From: Longimicrobiales bacterium | Lineage (GTDB): Bacteria > Gemmatimonadota > Gemmatimonadetes > Longimicrobiales > Gaopeijiaceae | Length of the DNA: 64,000 nt | Assembly (NCBI GenBank): GCA_965197725.1 | Contig: CBDANQ010000017.1 | Coordinates: 1-64,000 of the forward strand | Reading direction: 5' to 3' | Made by a program: the position numbers and the translations under genes | The notes under the pieces: generated by a model | What the model saw: only the letters and a program-made list of their open reading frames with translations | Database searches by the model: none | What the model was told of the DNA's origin: nothing | In this document: one piece after another, positions 1 to 7,381 of the stretch | How the letters are laid out: each line of letters starts with the position of its first letter | How positions within the stretch are numbered: the first letter of the stretch is position 1

Positions 1-65
1 GAGCGTTATTGTGCCTGCTTCACGGGCAGAAGAAGTCTTTGGCTTCATATACGAACATTGCGGGC

Positions 66-361
66 TCAACCAGCCTCATGGTGGGATTCTTTATCAACAA
101 CCACTGGGTAAGAGCACCGAGTTTCACCTCCCGGATTTGCCCGATGAGGGCACATCGAAGCGTTGACCCCTTTCAATTCATCGCTATAGCCGTCCTGAAC
201 ACAGATGCGATGGCGATAGACGAGTTCGCCACCGAACCAGGCCGCCAGGGTGAGAAGGATCACGCCCACTGCGGACCCCCACCGAGCGATCACGGAGATT
301 TGATCGGACAATCCTGGCGCATCCTCGGCTGGCATTCACCGACAAAAAAACGAAAATGAGA
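66..361 (-). pseudogene. C-terminal remnant of a DUF2231-like membrane protein, cut by the IS5 end at 362
   Basis: LTLAAWFGGELVYRHRICV resembles the GGxLVYxxGxGV end of DUF2231 proteins. An in-frame TGA lies just before ATG 335 and there is no N-terminal part. Confidence 0.55.
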
Positions 362-496
362 GGCGTTGGTGCATGGCTCCCGATTGTAGCTTCGTAATCA
401 CGCGAAGCCCCAGAACCGGAGTCAGCACCTGTGAAGTATCCGAAGCGAACTCAGTACAAGCACGCGAAGTCTCAGTATCGGGTGCGGAATTGGCCC
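362..496 (+). mobile_element. IS5-family (IS903 group) left end plus transposase N-terminal stub
   Basis: GGCGTTGGTGCATG at 362 resembles IS903-group ends. GTG 431 gives MKYPKRTQYKHAKSQYRVRNW, the typical YRVRNW start, and similarity stops right after. Confidence 0.7.
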
Positions 497-779
497 GTCA
501 GATCAGTCCGCGTAGTCGTACCTGTTGCTATCACACCGCGGGCAAGCGCTGTCGAAGCCGACGCCGTGCCGATGTTGGCAACAGGCGCTCCGGGACACCA
601 GCGACTCCTTACGAGGGGTTACTACACGGCACGACACACGGAGGTGAGGGTGACAGCCCTCACCGGAGTGCCCCCGCAGGGGCCGGGCCCGGTGGCTCTT
701 CACGATAGTGCCTTCGCGCTTATCCCGCGAAGCGGATCTGGAGTTGGCCCCGCACGGTGGACGGTTTTGGACTAGAGAT

Positions 780-1058
780 TCACGCGGCGGGGGCGTGTTC
801 CTTTTCGTAGTTAAGAGGAGACAATTGGCCGAGGGCAGAGTGCCGTCGGTGGGGATTGTACCAGGCTTCGATGAAGTCGAACACGGCCATCCTGGCCTCG
901 GCCTGATTGCGGAAGCTCTTTCGTTCGATGAGTTCGGTCTCGAGCGTGGCGAAGAAGCTCTCGCACATCGCGTTATCGTACGCGTCGCCGACCGAGCCCA
1001 TCGAGGGTCGGACGCTGGCCTCTTTGCAGCGTAGGCCGAAGGCGATCGAGGTGTACTG
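780..1058 (-). pseudogene. IS3 OrfB C-terminal half (integrase core)
   Basis: QYTSIAF...SMGSVGDAYDNAMCESFFATLE...WYNPHRRHSALG. It is separated from the N-terminal half by the IS30 insertion. Confidence 0.92.
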
Positions 1059-2685
1059 GGTGAATTCAAGCGGTCGTCGCAACACCTCGAGGAGGAGTTG
1101 CGATGGAGGCAAGCAAGCGCCGACGAGCGGATCGAGCTCTACGTCCACAGATGCGTTCACCAGGCCGTCCGCCGGTGGGACGCCGCGAGCATCGGCAGAG
1201 GTTCTGGGAAGAGGTCGCTCGAGGTCTGTCGAGCGAGGAGGCCGCCGTGGCAGCGGGTGTGTCCCCCGCTGTCGGGGTGCGCTGGTTTCGCGAATGTGGT
1301 GGCATGGCACCCCTCAATCTTCGTCCCCAGTCACGGCGCTATCTTTCGTTCGTTGAGCGAGAAGAGATCGCCGTTCTTCGAGCCCGTGGTCGTGGCGTGC
1401 GCGAGATCGCCCGGCAGTTGGGCCGCTCACCCTCGACGATCTCGCGAGAACTGGGGCGAAACGCAGCTACACGGGGAGGCAATCTCGAGTATCGGGCCAC
1501 GACCGCTCAATGGCACGCCGATCGGCGAGCGAAACGTCCCAAGCTTGCGAAGCTCGCTACGAACGGTGAACTGAGGCAGTATGTACAGGATCGCCTCGGA
1601 GGCCTGATCGCGGCTTCAGATGGTACGGCCGTGGCGGGCCCCGATGTGCGCTGGATCGGACGGCGTCGCGGTCGCCGACAAGACCGGCGGTGGGCGGTCT
1701 CGTGGAGTCCCGAGCAGATCGCCAACAGGCTACGGGTCGACTTCCCCGACGATAAGTCCATGCGTATATCGCACGAAGCCATCTACCAGGCGCTCTACGT
1801 TCAGGGCCGTGGTGCGCTGCGACGGGAGCTGACAGCGTGCCTTCGGACGGGACGCGCGCTACGGGTGCCTCGAGCTCGCACCCGCGGACGGGGCAAGACG
1901 TTCGTTCACCCCGAGATCATGCTCAGTGAGCGACCGGCCGAGGCAGACGACCGCGCCGTTCCCGGGCACTGGGAAGGCGACCTGATCCTGGGACTGGGCA
2001 GTTCGGCGATCGGAACGCTGGTCGAGCGGGCCTCCCGGTTTACGATGCTGCTCCACCTCCCCCGCCTTGACAAACACGGCGAGCCCAGGACCAAGAACGG
2101 TCCAGCGTTGGCTGGACACGGTGCCGAAGCCGTCCGGGACGCGATTGCTTCGTCGATCACGACCCTGCCCGAGCAACTCCGCCGGTCTCTGACATGGGAC
2201 CAGGGAACAGAGATGGCTCAGCACGAACGGCTTCGCATCGATACTGGCCTGGCCGTCTACTTCTGCGACCCGCAGAGCCCGTGGCAGCGCGGCACGAACG
2301 AAAACACGAACGGCCTGTTGAGACAGTACTTCCCGAAGGGCACCGACCTCAGCAGACATACCGCTGACGATCTCGCCGCCGTCGCAGCCGCTCTCAACAG
2401 CCGCCCCCGCAAGACCCTCGGTTGGAGAACTCCGGCGGAAACCTTGGAAAATCTGTTGTCATCAAAGGACCAGACCTCAACCTTGCGTTGAAATGCTCTA
2501 CCGCTCCCGTATCTCCAGCCTTCAACGACCTTCGGTCGCTTCTGACTCCCTCGGGTTGGGAGACATCAAGAACTGACTTCTTTCTGTCTGGACCCCATCG
2601 CCCTCGCCAGCCTAGTGTCCAGCAACATCGGGGCGCATGAAAACCCTTCAACACGGTACTGTTGCGACGACCGCTTGAACCTAGG
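1059..2685 (+). mobile_element. IS30-family element nested in IS3 orfB
   Basis: Perfect 20-bp inverted repeat TTCAAGCGGTCGTCGCAACA at 1065-1084 and 2660-2679. CTG is duplicated at 1056-1058 and 2686-2688, and removing the element restores HHSDQGTQYTS. Confidence 0.9.
1103..2491 (+). CDS. IS30-family DDE transposase, 462 aa
   Basis: HTH LSFVEREEI...IARQLGRSPSTISREL, then WSPEQI, SHEAIY, GHWEGD, SLTWDQG and PWQRGTNENTNGLLRQYFPKG. SD GAGGAG upstream. Confidence 0.95.
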   Translation: MEASKRRRADRALRPQMRSPGRPPVGRREHRQRFWEEVARGLSSEEAAVAAGVSPAVGVRWFRECGGMAPLNLRPQSRRYLSFVEREEIAVLRARGRGVREIARQLGRSPSTISRELGRNAATRGGNLEYRATTAQWHADRRAKRPKLAKLATNGELRQYVQDRLGGLIAASDGTAVAGPDVRWIGRRRGRRQDRRWAVSWSPEQIANRLRVDFPDDKSMRISHEAIYQALYVQGRGALRRELTACLRTGRALRVPRARTRGRGKTFVHPEIMLSERPAEADDRAVPGHWEGDLILGLGSSAIGTLVERASRFTMLLHLPRLDKHGEPRTKNGPALAGHGAEAVRDAIASSITTLPEQLRRSLTWDQGTEMAQHERLRIDTGLAVYFCDPQSPWQRGTNENTNGLLRQYFPKGTDLSRHTADDLAAVAAALNSRPRKTLGWRTPAETLENLLSSKDQTSTLR

Positions 2686-3259
2686 CTGGGTACCCTGATC
2701 GCTATGATGGATGACACCGTTCGGTCGTCGTTGCTGCAGCGCCATGTTCAGCGCGTCGAGCACGAGATCGGTCTTGAGATGCGTCTTCATCGACCATCCG
2801 ACCACATGGCGGCTCCACGCATCGACGACGACTGACAGGTACAAGAAGCCGCTCCCGGGTCGGCACGTAGGTGATGTCGGCAACCCAGAGCTGGTCCGGG
2901 CCGTGCACACTGAAGTCGCGCGCGACGAGATCGGGGGCAGGTCGAGCATCTCTGTTTCGCTTCGTCGTGCGCCACTTCCTTCGCCGCGTAGCGCCTTGTA
3001 GTCCTGCCAGCCTCATCAGACGACGCACCCGCTTGTGGTTGACCTGCCAGCCGTCGTCCCTGAGCTCGGCGTACATCCGTGGCTGGCCATACGTCTCACG
3101 GCTGAACGTGTGGATCTCACGCATCCGACCTAGCAGTCGCTCGTTCTCGACCGCGCGATGCGATGGAGGACGCTTTCTCCATGCGTAGTACCCGCTGGGC
3201 GAGACGCTCAGGACTTCGCACATCATCTGCACGCTGAACTCGGCCTGGTTGGCCCTCAC
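2686..3259 (-). pseudogene. IS3 OrfB N-terminal half with a frameshift near 2854
   Basis: VSPSGYYAW, TYGQPRM, VNHKRVRRLMR and WVADITY in one frame. GFLYLSVVVDAWSR...HHSDQGTQ in another frame. Confidence 0.9.
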
Positions 3260-3570
3260 GAACTCGAACGCTTCGGGGGCACCGAGTCGGACTCCTGAGC
3301 GAACCAGGCCGCGGCTTTTTTTAGGATCTCCCGCTCGACACGAAGCCGCTTGTTCTCACGCCGAAGCTCGCGGAGCTCCTCGCGCTCTGACGACGTCAGG
3401 CCGTCGCTTCTGACTCCCGTGTCGAGGTCCGTCTGCTTCACCCAATTGTGGATCGTCTGCGCTGTGGGCTCAAACTCCCGACTCAGCTCCTCAGGCGTGC
3501 GACCTGCTTTGACCAGCTCCACCATCTGCTGGCGGAACTCCAACGAATACGGCGGTCTCGTTCTTGGCAT
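3256..3570 (-). CDS. IS3 OrfA (HTH plus leucine zipper)
   Basis: YSLEFRQQMVELV...TIHNWVKQ...LRELRRENKRLRVEREILKKAAAWFA. Confidence 0.93.
   Translation of the reverse strand: MPRTRPPYSLEFRQQMVELVKAGRTPEELSREFEPTAQTIHNWVKQTDLDTGVRSDGLTSSEREELRELRRENKRLRVEREILKKAAAWFAQESDSVPPKRSSS
3315..3322 (-). other. A7G -1 programmed frameshift motif of IS3 orfAB
   Basis: The minus strand reads CT-AAAAAAAG-CC at LKKA, near the end of orfA. Confidence 0.8.
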
Positions 3571-3624
3571 CGTGGACTCCTCTCTCTAAAGAGAATAGGT
3601 GTCCACCGTCAGGGGCTAACTCCA

Positions 3625-3921
3625 CTCGCCGCCCTCATGGCAGACACGGGTGAGCTTCCGTCGCCGGATACGCTGGTGAATCGGTTCTACAGCGTCTCGG
3701 ACGTCTACACCTACCTGGCAGGCGCGAGCTTCGTGGAGTACGTCCACGGACAGTACGGAGCCTCAGCCGTCCGTGCGCTCTGGAGTAACGGGTGGATAGC
3801 GGGTGCGGAGAGCCTTGGGATGACTGCTGAAGCCCTGGAGCAGGCGTAGAGGGCGTCGATCTCCGAAGTAGCACCGGCACCATCATCTGCGTGGGACCGG
3901 ATTCGATCCGTCGGCTGCTAG
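3625..3921 (+). pseudogene. C-terminal remnant of a peptidase MA-like protein, truncated by IS3, with an internal stop
   Basis: YLAGASFVEYVHGQYGASAVRALW motif. TAG at 3847-3849 sits where Trp is plausible (EQA*RAS), and the frame continues to TAG 3921. Confidence 0.5.
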
Positions 3922-4001
3922 GGACCCTAGTGAGCCGTCAGATCCCCCGGGCTGCGCGTCTTCGTGGAAGGCGTGGCAGGTGGCTTGTGCAGGCGGAGGA
4001 C

Positions 4002-4067
4002 GAGGAAGAGGAAGAGGAAGAGGAAGAGGAAGAGGAAGAGGAAGAGGAAGAGGAAGAGGAAGAGGAA
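4002..4067 (+). repeat. Perfect hexanucleotide tandem repeat (GAGGAA)11
   Basis: Counted directly. One variant unit, GAGGAC, precedes it at 3996-4001. Confidence 0.98.
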
Positions 4068-4077
4068 GCAGGGTATC

Positions 4078-4592
4078 TAGCAGTCCGTGGAAGAAATAGG
4101 GTCCCAGCGGATGATGGGTGGGAGAGAAGGCAGACACGCGGGGGCTGTGTTGTTGTGCAAGAAGCGGGTTTTGGGGTCTGACGAGGCGATATTCGGCCCA
4201 AGGAAGGCGAAATAGCGCCGAATACGGCGGCACCGTCAAAAAGCGCGAGACGCGGGTTGTAACCTGAGTTGCGAGCGCAGCTGGTACGGTAGCGAGGCCC
4301 TGTAACGCACGTCGGGGGTTCCAACCCCGAACCGCTTGCGCATGAGAAGGCCGAGGTTGAAGGCCGCCGCGTGGATCAACATCCGTTTTCGAATCTCCTC
4401 CTGGCCCCGTATGTGGACGCGACGCAGCCCTCCGGTCACAAGCAAGTGCGCAAACCCCCGCTCCACCTTCTCGCCGCGCTGGCGCAGCAGCCGCATCCCC
4501 CGGTTGCCGCGTTAGTACGGGTGGCGGATCCGGCGGCGGTTGTCGTAGGTCGGCGTCTGCGCGTCCCGGTTGTTCTTCCATTTCCGGCGCCC
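4078..4592 (-). mobile_element. 3' fragment and right end of an IS1182/IS5-like element, degraded
   Basis: GRRKW...YDNRRRIR...LLRQRGEKVERGFAHL...GGLRRVHIRG...HAAAFNLGLLMR...GTP, ending TTCCACGGACTGCTAG. It has an internal stop and a frameshift. Confidence 0.75.
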
Positions 4593-4855
4593 TCCGTGAC
4601 CTGCTCGGTCTTCTCACCTGAGATCGTGAGCACGTTGTTTTCGAGCTCTATGGAGAGGTTCTCCTCCGAGAGCCCGGGCAGCTCGGCAGTGACCTCGAGA
4701 CCCTCCTTGGTCTCTGAGACGTTCACGGACGGCGTCCAGCTCCGCCGACCCGCCGACGGGTTGTCGAAGAAGCCGGCGAGCCGGTTCTGTACCTCCTCGA
4801 GGTCACGCCCAGGGGAGTAGCTCGGGTGCCGGAACTTGTATTTCGTGATGGCCAT
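4590..4855 (-). pseudogene. Hsp20/alpha-crystallin small heat-shock protein, 3' truncated and fused to the IS fragment
   Basis: WTPSVNVSETKEGLEVTAELPGLSEENLSIELENNVLTISGEK with SD AGGAGG. The ERxxGxFxR and GVL strands are missing. Confidence 0.88.
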
Positions 4856-4893
4856 GATGCCTCCTATGTGTGTGGTTCAGACGCCCGACTGAA

Positions 4894-4909
4894 AGCAATT
4901 GGCGTGCCA
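4894..4909 (-). promoter_or_regulatory. Sigma-54 (-24/-12) promoter of hsp20
   Basis: Minus strand TGGCAC-GCCAA-TTGCT matches TGGCAC-N5-TTGCW, 38 nt upstream of the ATG. Confidence 0.85.
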
Positions 4910-4926
4910 CATGAAACGAGGACCAA

Positions 4927-4981
4927 GTCTGCCAAATTGAACGACGACAAGAGGTTACAACGTCGATCGTCTGCCAAATTG
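4927..4981. promoter_or_regulatory. Pair of 13-bp direct repeats, candidate enhancer-binding protein sites
   Basis: GTCTGCCAAATTG at 4927-4939 and 4969-4981, 42 bp apart. The second copy includes the dyad GCCAA-A-TTGGC. Confidence 0.6.
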
Positions 4982-5920
4982 GCTTCTGAGCAGTGCCCTT
5001 TTCTGCCGATCAGGCAAGGTGAGCCCGAGCGCCATACGAGCCGCACCCATCGGGGGGTCGAGTTCCACGTCGACGAGGGGAAGGTCGTGGCCAGTGATCG
5101 CCATCACGAGAAAATCGCGCAAAGGGCCGCCCTGCCAGATCAGCCCACCCCAAAGCGCGAGACGAGGCTTCTGCGACCACGGCCCCGAGCGCTCGACAAC
5201 GGCCGTGAGGTGACGAGCCAGCATATCGACCGCGCGTTCGAGGATGTCTACAGCCCCCGCGTCTCCCGCAGAGGCGGCGTGAGCAACATCGGGAACCAGC
5301 GCGGCAATCTCCCGCTTGCCGGCCGAAGCGACCCAGGCGACCAGCTCGGTCGGATCGAGCAGACCGAGCCTTTCCAAGACGGACTCTCGCAGCGTCGTCG
5401 CAGTGCTCCGACCGTCTTCGGCACGGGCCACGCGCCGGAGCGCCTCCATGACCATCCAATAGCCGCTGCCTTCGTCCCCGACGTGCTGACCCCAGCCACC
5501 GACGCGGTGCATGACGCCACCTTCGTCACGGGCCCAGGCGATCGAGCCGGTGCCCGCGATCAGCATCACGCCCGGCCCGTCGCCGAAAGCGTCGTGGAAC
5601 GCCCCCTCCACGTCGGTCCCGACCTCGATCGACTGCGCGAGGCCCACCCCGGAGAGCGCTGCGGTCACCGCATCACGGGCTGCCTCTCTACCCGCCCCCG
5701 CGAGCCCGGCCCACAGCGCTTTGAGGGGTAGCTTGACGCCACCCTGCTCAGCGGCCGCCCGGACGGCGGCCGCGACCGCAGACGCGGCCTCGTCCGGAGC
5801 TTCGACGCTCACGACCGCGCCCTCTCGCTCGACCCGAGCGATCTCCGCTCCGGTATCGTCGAGAACAACTGCGCGCGTGCTGGTGCCACCGCCATCGACG
5901 CCGACCACGAATCGGCTCAC
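4955..5920 (-). CDS. BadF/BadG/BcrA/BcrD-family sugar kinase (GlcNAc/MurNAc kinase-like)
   Basis: VGVDGGGTST, IAGTGS, GGWG..GDEGSG. GTG start overlaps the upstream TGA (GTGA). Confidence 0.88.
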   Translation of the reverse strand: MSRFVVGVDGGGTSTRAVVLDDTGAEIARVEREGAVVSVEAPDEAASAVAAAVRAAAEQGGVKLPLKALWAGLAGAGREAARDAVTAALSGVGLAQSIEVGTDVEGAFHDAFGDGPGVMLIAGTGSIAWARDEGGVMHRVGGWGQHVGDEGSGYWMVMEALRRVARAEDGRSTATTLRESVLERLGLLDPTELVAWVASAGKREIAALVPDVAHAASAGDAGAVDILERAVDMLARHLTAVVERSGPWSQKPRLALWGGLIWQGGPLRDFLVMAITGHDLPLVDVELDPPMGAARMALGLTLPDRQKRALLRSQFGRRSTL

Positions 5921-7347
5921 GCGGCTCGCTTCCGGAACAGGCCCGCGAGAGAACCCGCCACCAGCGTCACCGTCGCCCCGGCCGGTACGTACCACGGCCA
6001 CGCCATGCGATCCCTCAGCACGACGACGGTCCCGATGCCGATGCCGATCCCCAGGATCACCGCGCCCTGACCCGGGCGCTTCGTGAACACACTGAGCGCG
6101 AAAGCCCCCAGCAGGCCGCCGTATACCAGCGCGGCGATGCCGAGGGCGACCTCGACCGCCGACGTGCCTTCCGACAACGGGATGAACAGGATGGCGCCGC
6201 CGATCAAGAGTGCCGCCCACACCAGCGTGAATGCTTTACCCGCGTTCAGAACGCGTGACTCGTCATCTCGGGCACCCACGAGCGGCGCCCAGAAATCGTA
6301 CGCCGTCGCAGACGCGAGTGAGTTGATGGAAGACGAAAGAGACGACATCGCGGCAGCGAAGACCCCGGCGATGAGGAGCCCGGTCAATCCGGGCGGCAAC
6401 TGCTGCACGATGAACGTCGCGAAGATCTCATCCGGGCTGTCGAATTGTCGACCGCCGTAGAAAGCCCACAGCCCCAGTCCGACCATCAAGAAGAGCAGGA
6501 ACTGGAAGATGACCGCGATGCCGCTGCCGACGAGCGCTTTCTGCGCGGCACGCTGATCGCTGCACGTGAGCAGTCGCTGCACGATGAGCTGATCGGTGCC
6601 GTGCGACGCCATCGTGAAGACCGCGCCACCGATGACACCGGCCCAGATGGTGTACGTGGTCGTCAGGCTCCACGTGAAGTCGACGACCTGCATCTTCCCG
6701 GCCGCGCCGGCGCTCGACAAGACGCCCGACCAGCCGTCCGGTAGCGCGAGCTGGAGCGCGATGATCGCGACCACGGCCCCGAGCAGGTAGAGGCACATCT
6801 GCACTACATCGACCCAAACGACTGCCTTGATGCCACCGAAATACGTGTAGGTGACGGTGAGCACACCGATCACCGCGATCGAGACCGGATACGGCCACCC
6901 CGTGATCAGCGCCAGCGGGATCGCGGTGGCGAAGAGCCGCACCGAGTCCGCCAGCAGCCGCGTGACCATGAAAATCGCGGAAGTCACCCTCCGGGCACCC
7001 AGGCCGAAACGGTCCTCGAGCAGCGCGTACGCGGTAGACAGTTCGCCACGGTAGTAGGCCGGCAGGAAGATCGCCGACACCGCGATTCGGCCAGCCAGGT
7101 ATCCCAAGGTGAGCTGCAGGAAGACGAGGCTGCCCGCGTATCCCACACCAGGGACGCTCAAGAACGTGAGCGTGCTCGTCTCAGTGGCAACGACCGAGAG
7201 CATCACCGCCACCCACGGAAGCGAGCGACTACCGAGGAAGTAGTCGCTGCCGCTCTCCTGACCTCGTCCGAGCCAAGCGCCCCAGACGGTCGTAGCGACG
7301 AGGTAGGCGGCGAGGACGACCACGTCGAGCGTTGTGAAAGCGGTCAC
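5917..7347 (-). CDS. Sodium:solute symporter (SSS), likely for amino sugars
   Basis: DYFLGSRSLPW, SVVATETSTLTF, GGIKAVVWVD, TDQLIVQRLL, AAAMSSLSSSINS. GTG start at 7347 chosen. Confidence 0.92.
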   Translation of the reverse strand: MTAFTTLDVVVLAAYLVATTVWGAWLGRGQESGSDYFLGSRSLPWVAVMLSVVATETSTLTFLSVPGVGYAGSLVFLQLTLGYLAGRIAVSAIFLPAYYRGELSTAYALLEDRFGLGARRVTSAIFMVTRLLADSVRLFATAIPLALITGWPYPVSIAVIGVLTVTYTYFGGIKAVVWVDVVQMCLYLLGAVVAIIALQLALPDGWSGVLSSAGAAGKMQVVDFTWSLTTTYTIWAGVIGGAVFTMASHGTDQLIVQRLLTCSDQRAAQKALVGSGIAVIFQFLLFLMVGLGLWAFYGGRQFDSPDEIFATFIVQQLPPGLTGLLIAGVFAAAMSSLSSSINSLASATAYDFWAPLVGARDDESRVLNAGKAFTLVWAALLIGGAILFIPLSEGTSAVEVALGIAALVYGGLLGAFALSVFTKRPGQGAVILGIGIGIGTVVVLRDRMAWPWYVPAGATVTLVAGSLAGLFRKRAA

Positions 7348-7381
7348 CGCGGGCCCCTTCCGCGCGATGGCTTCGTGTTCG

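Larger units (their letters stand above)
739..3624 (-). mobile_element. IS3-family element, interrupted by a nested IS30-family element
   Basis: Terminal inverted repeats TGGAGTTGGCCCCGCACGGTGGAC (739) and the reverse complement TGGAGTTAGCCCCTGACGGTGGAC (ending 3624). Both have TG..CA ends and enclose orfA/orfB. Confidence 0.93.

Noticed and set aside
3883..4617. Poly-Glu (3891-4181), poly-Ser (3938-4324) and Leu-Pro (3883-4617) ORFs
   Set aside because: They are by-products of the hexamer repeat and IS DNA, with no recognisable protein context.
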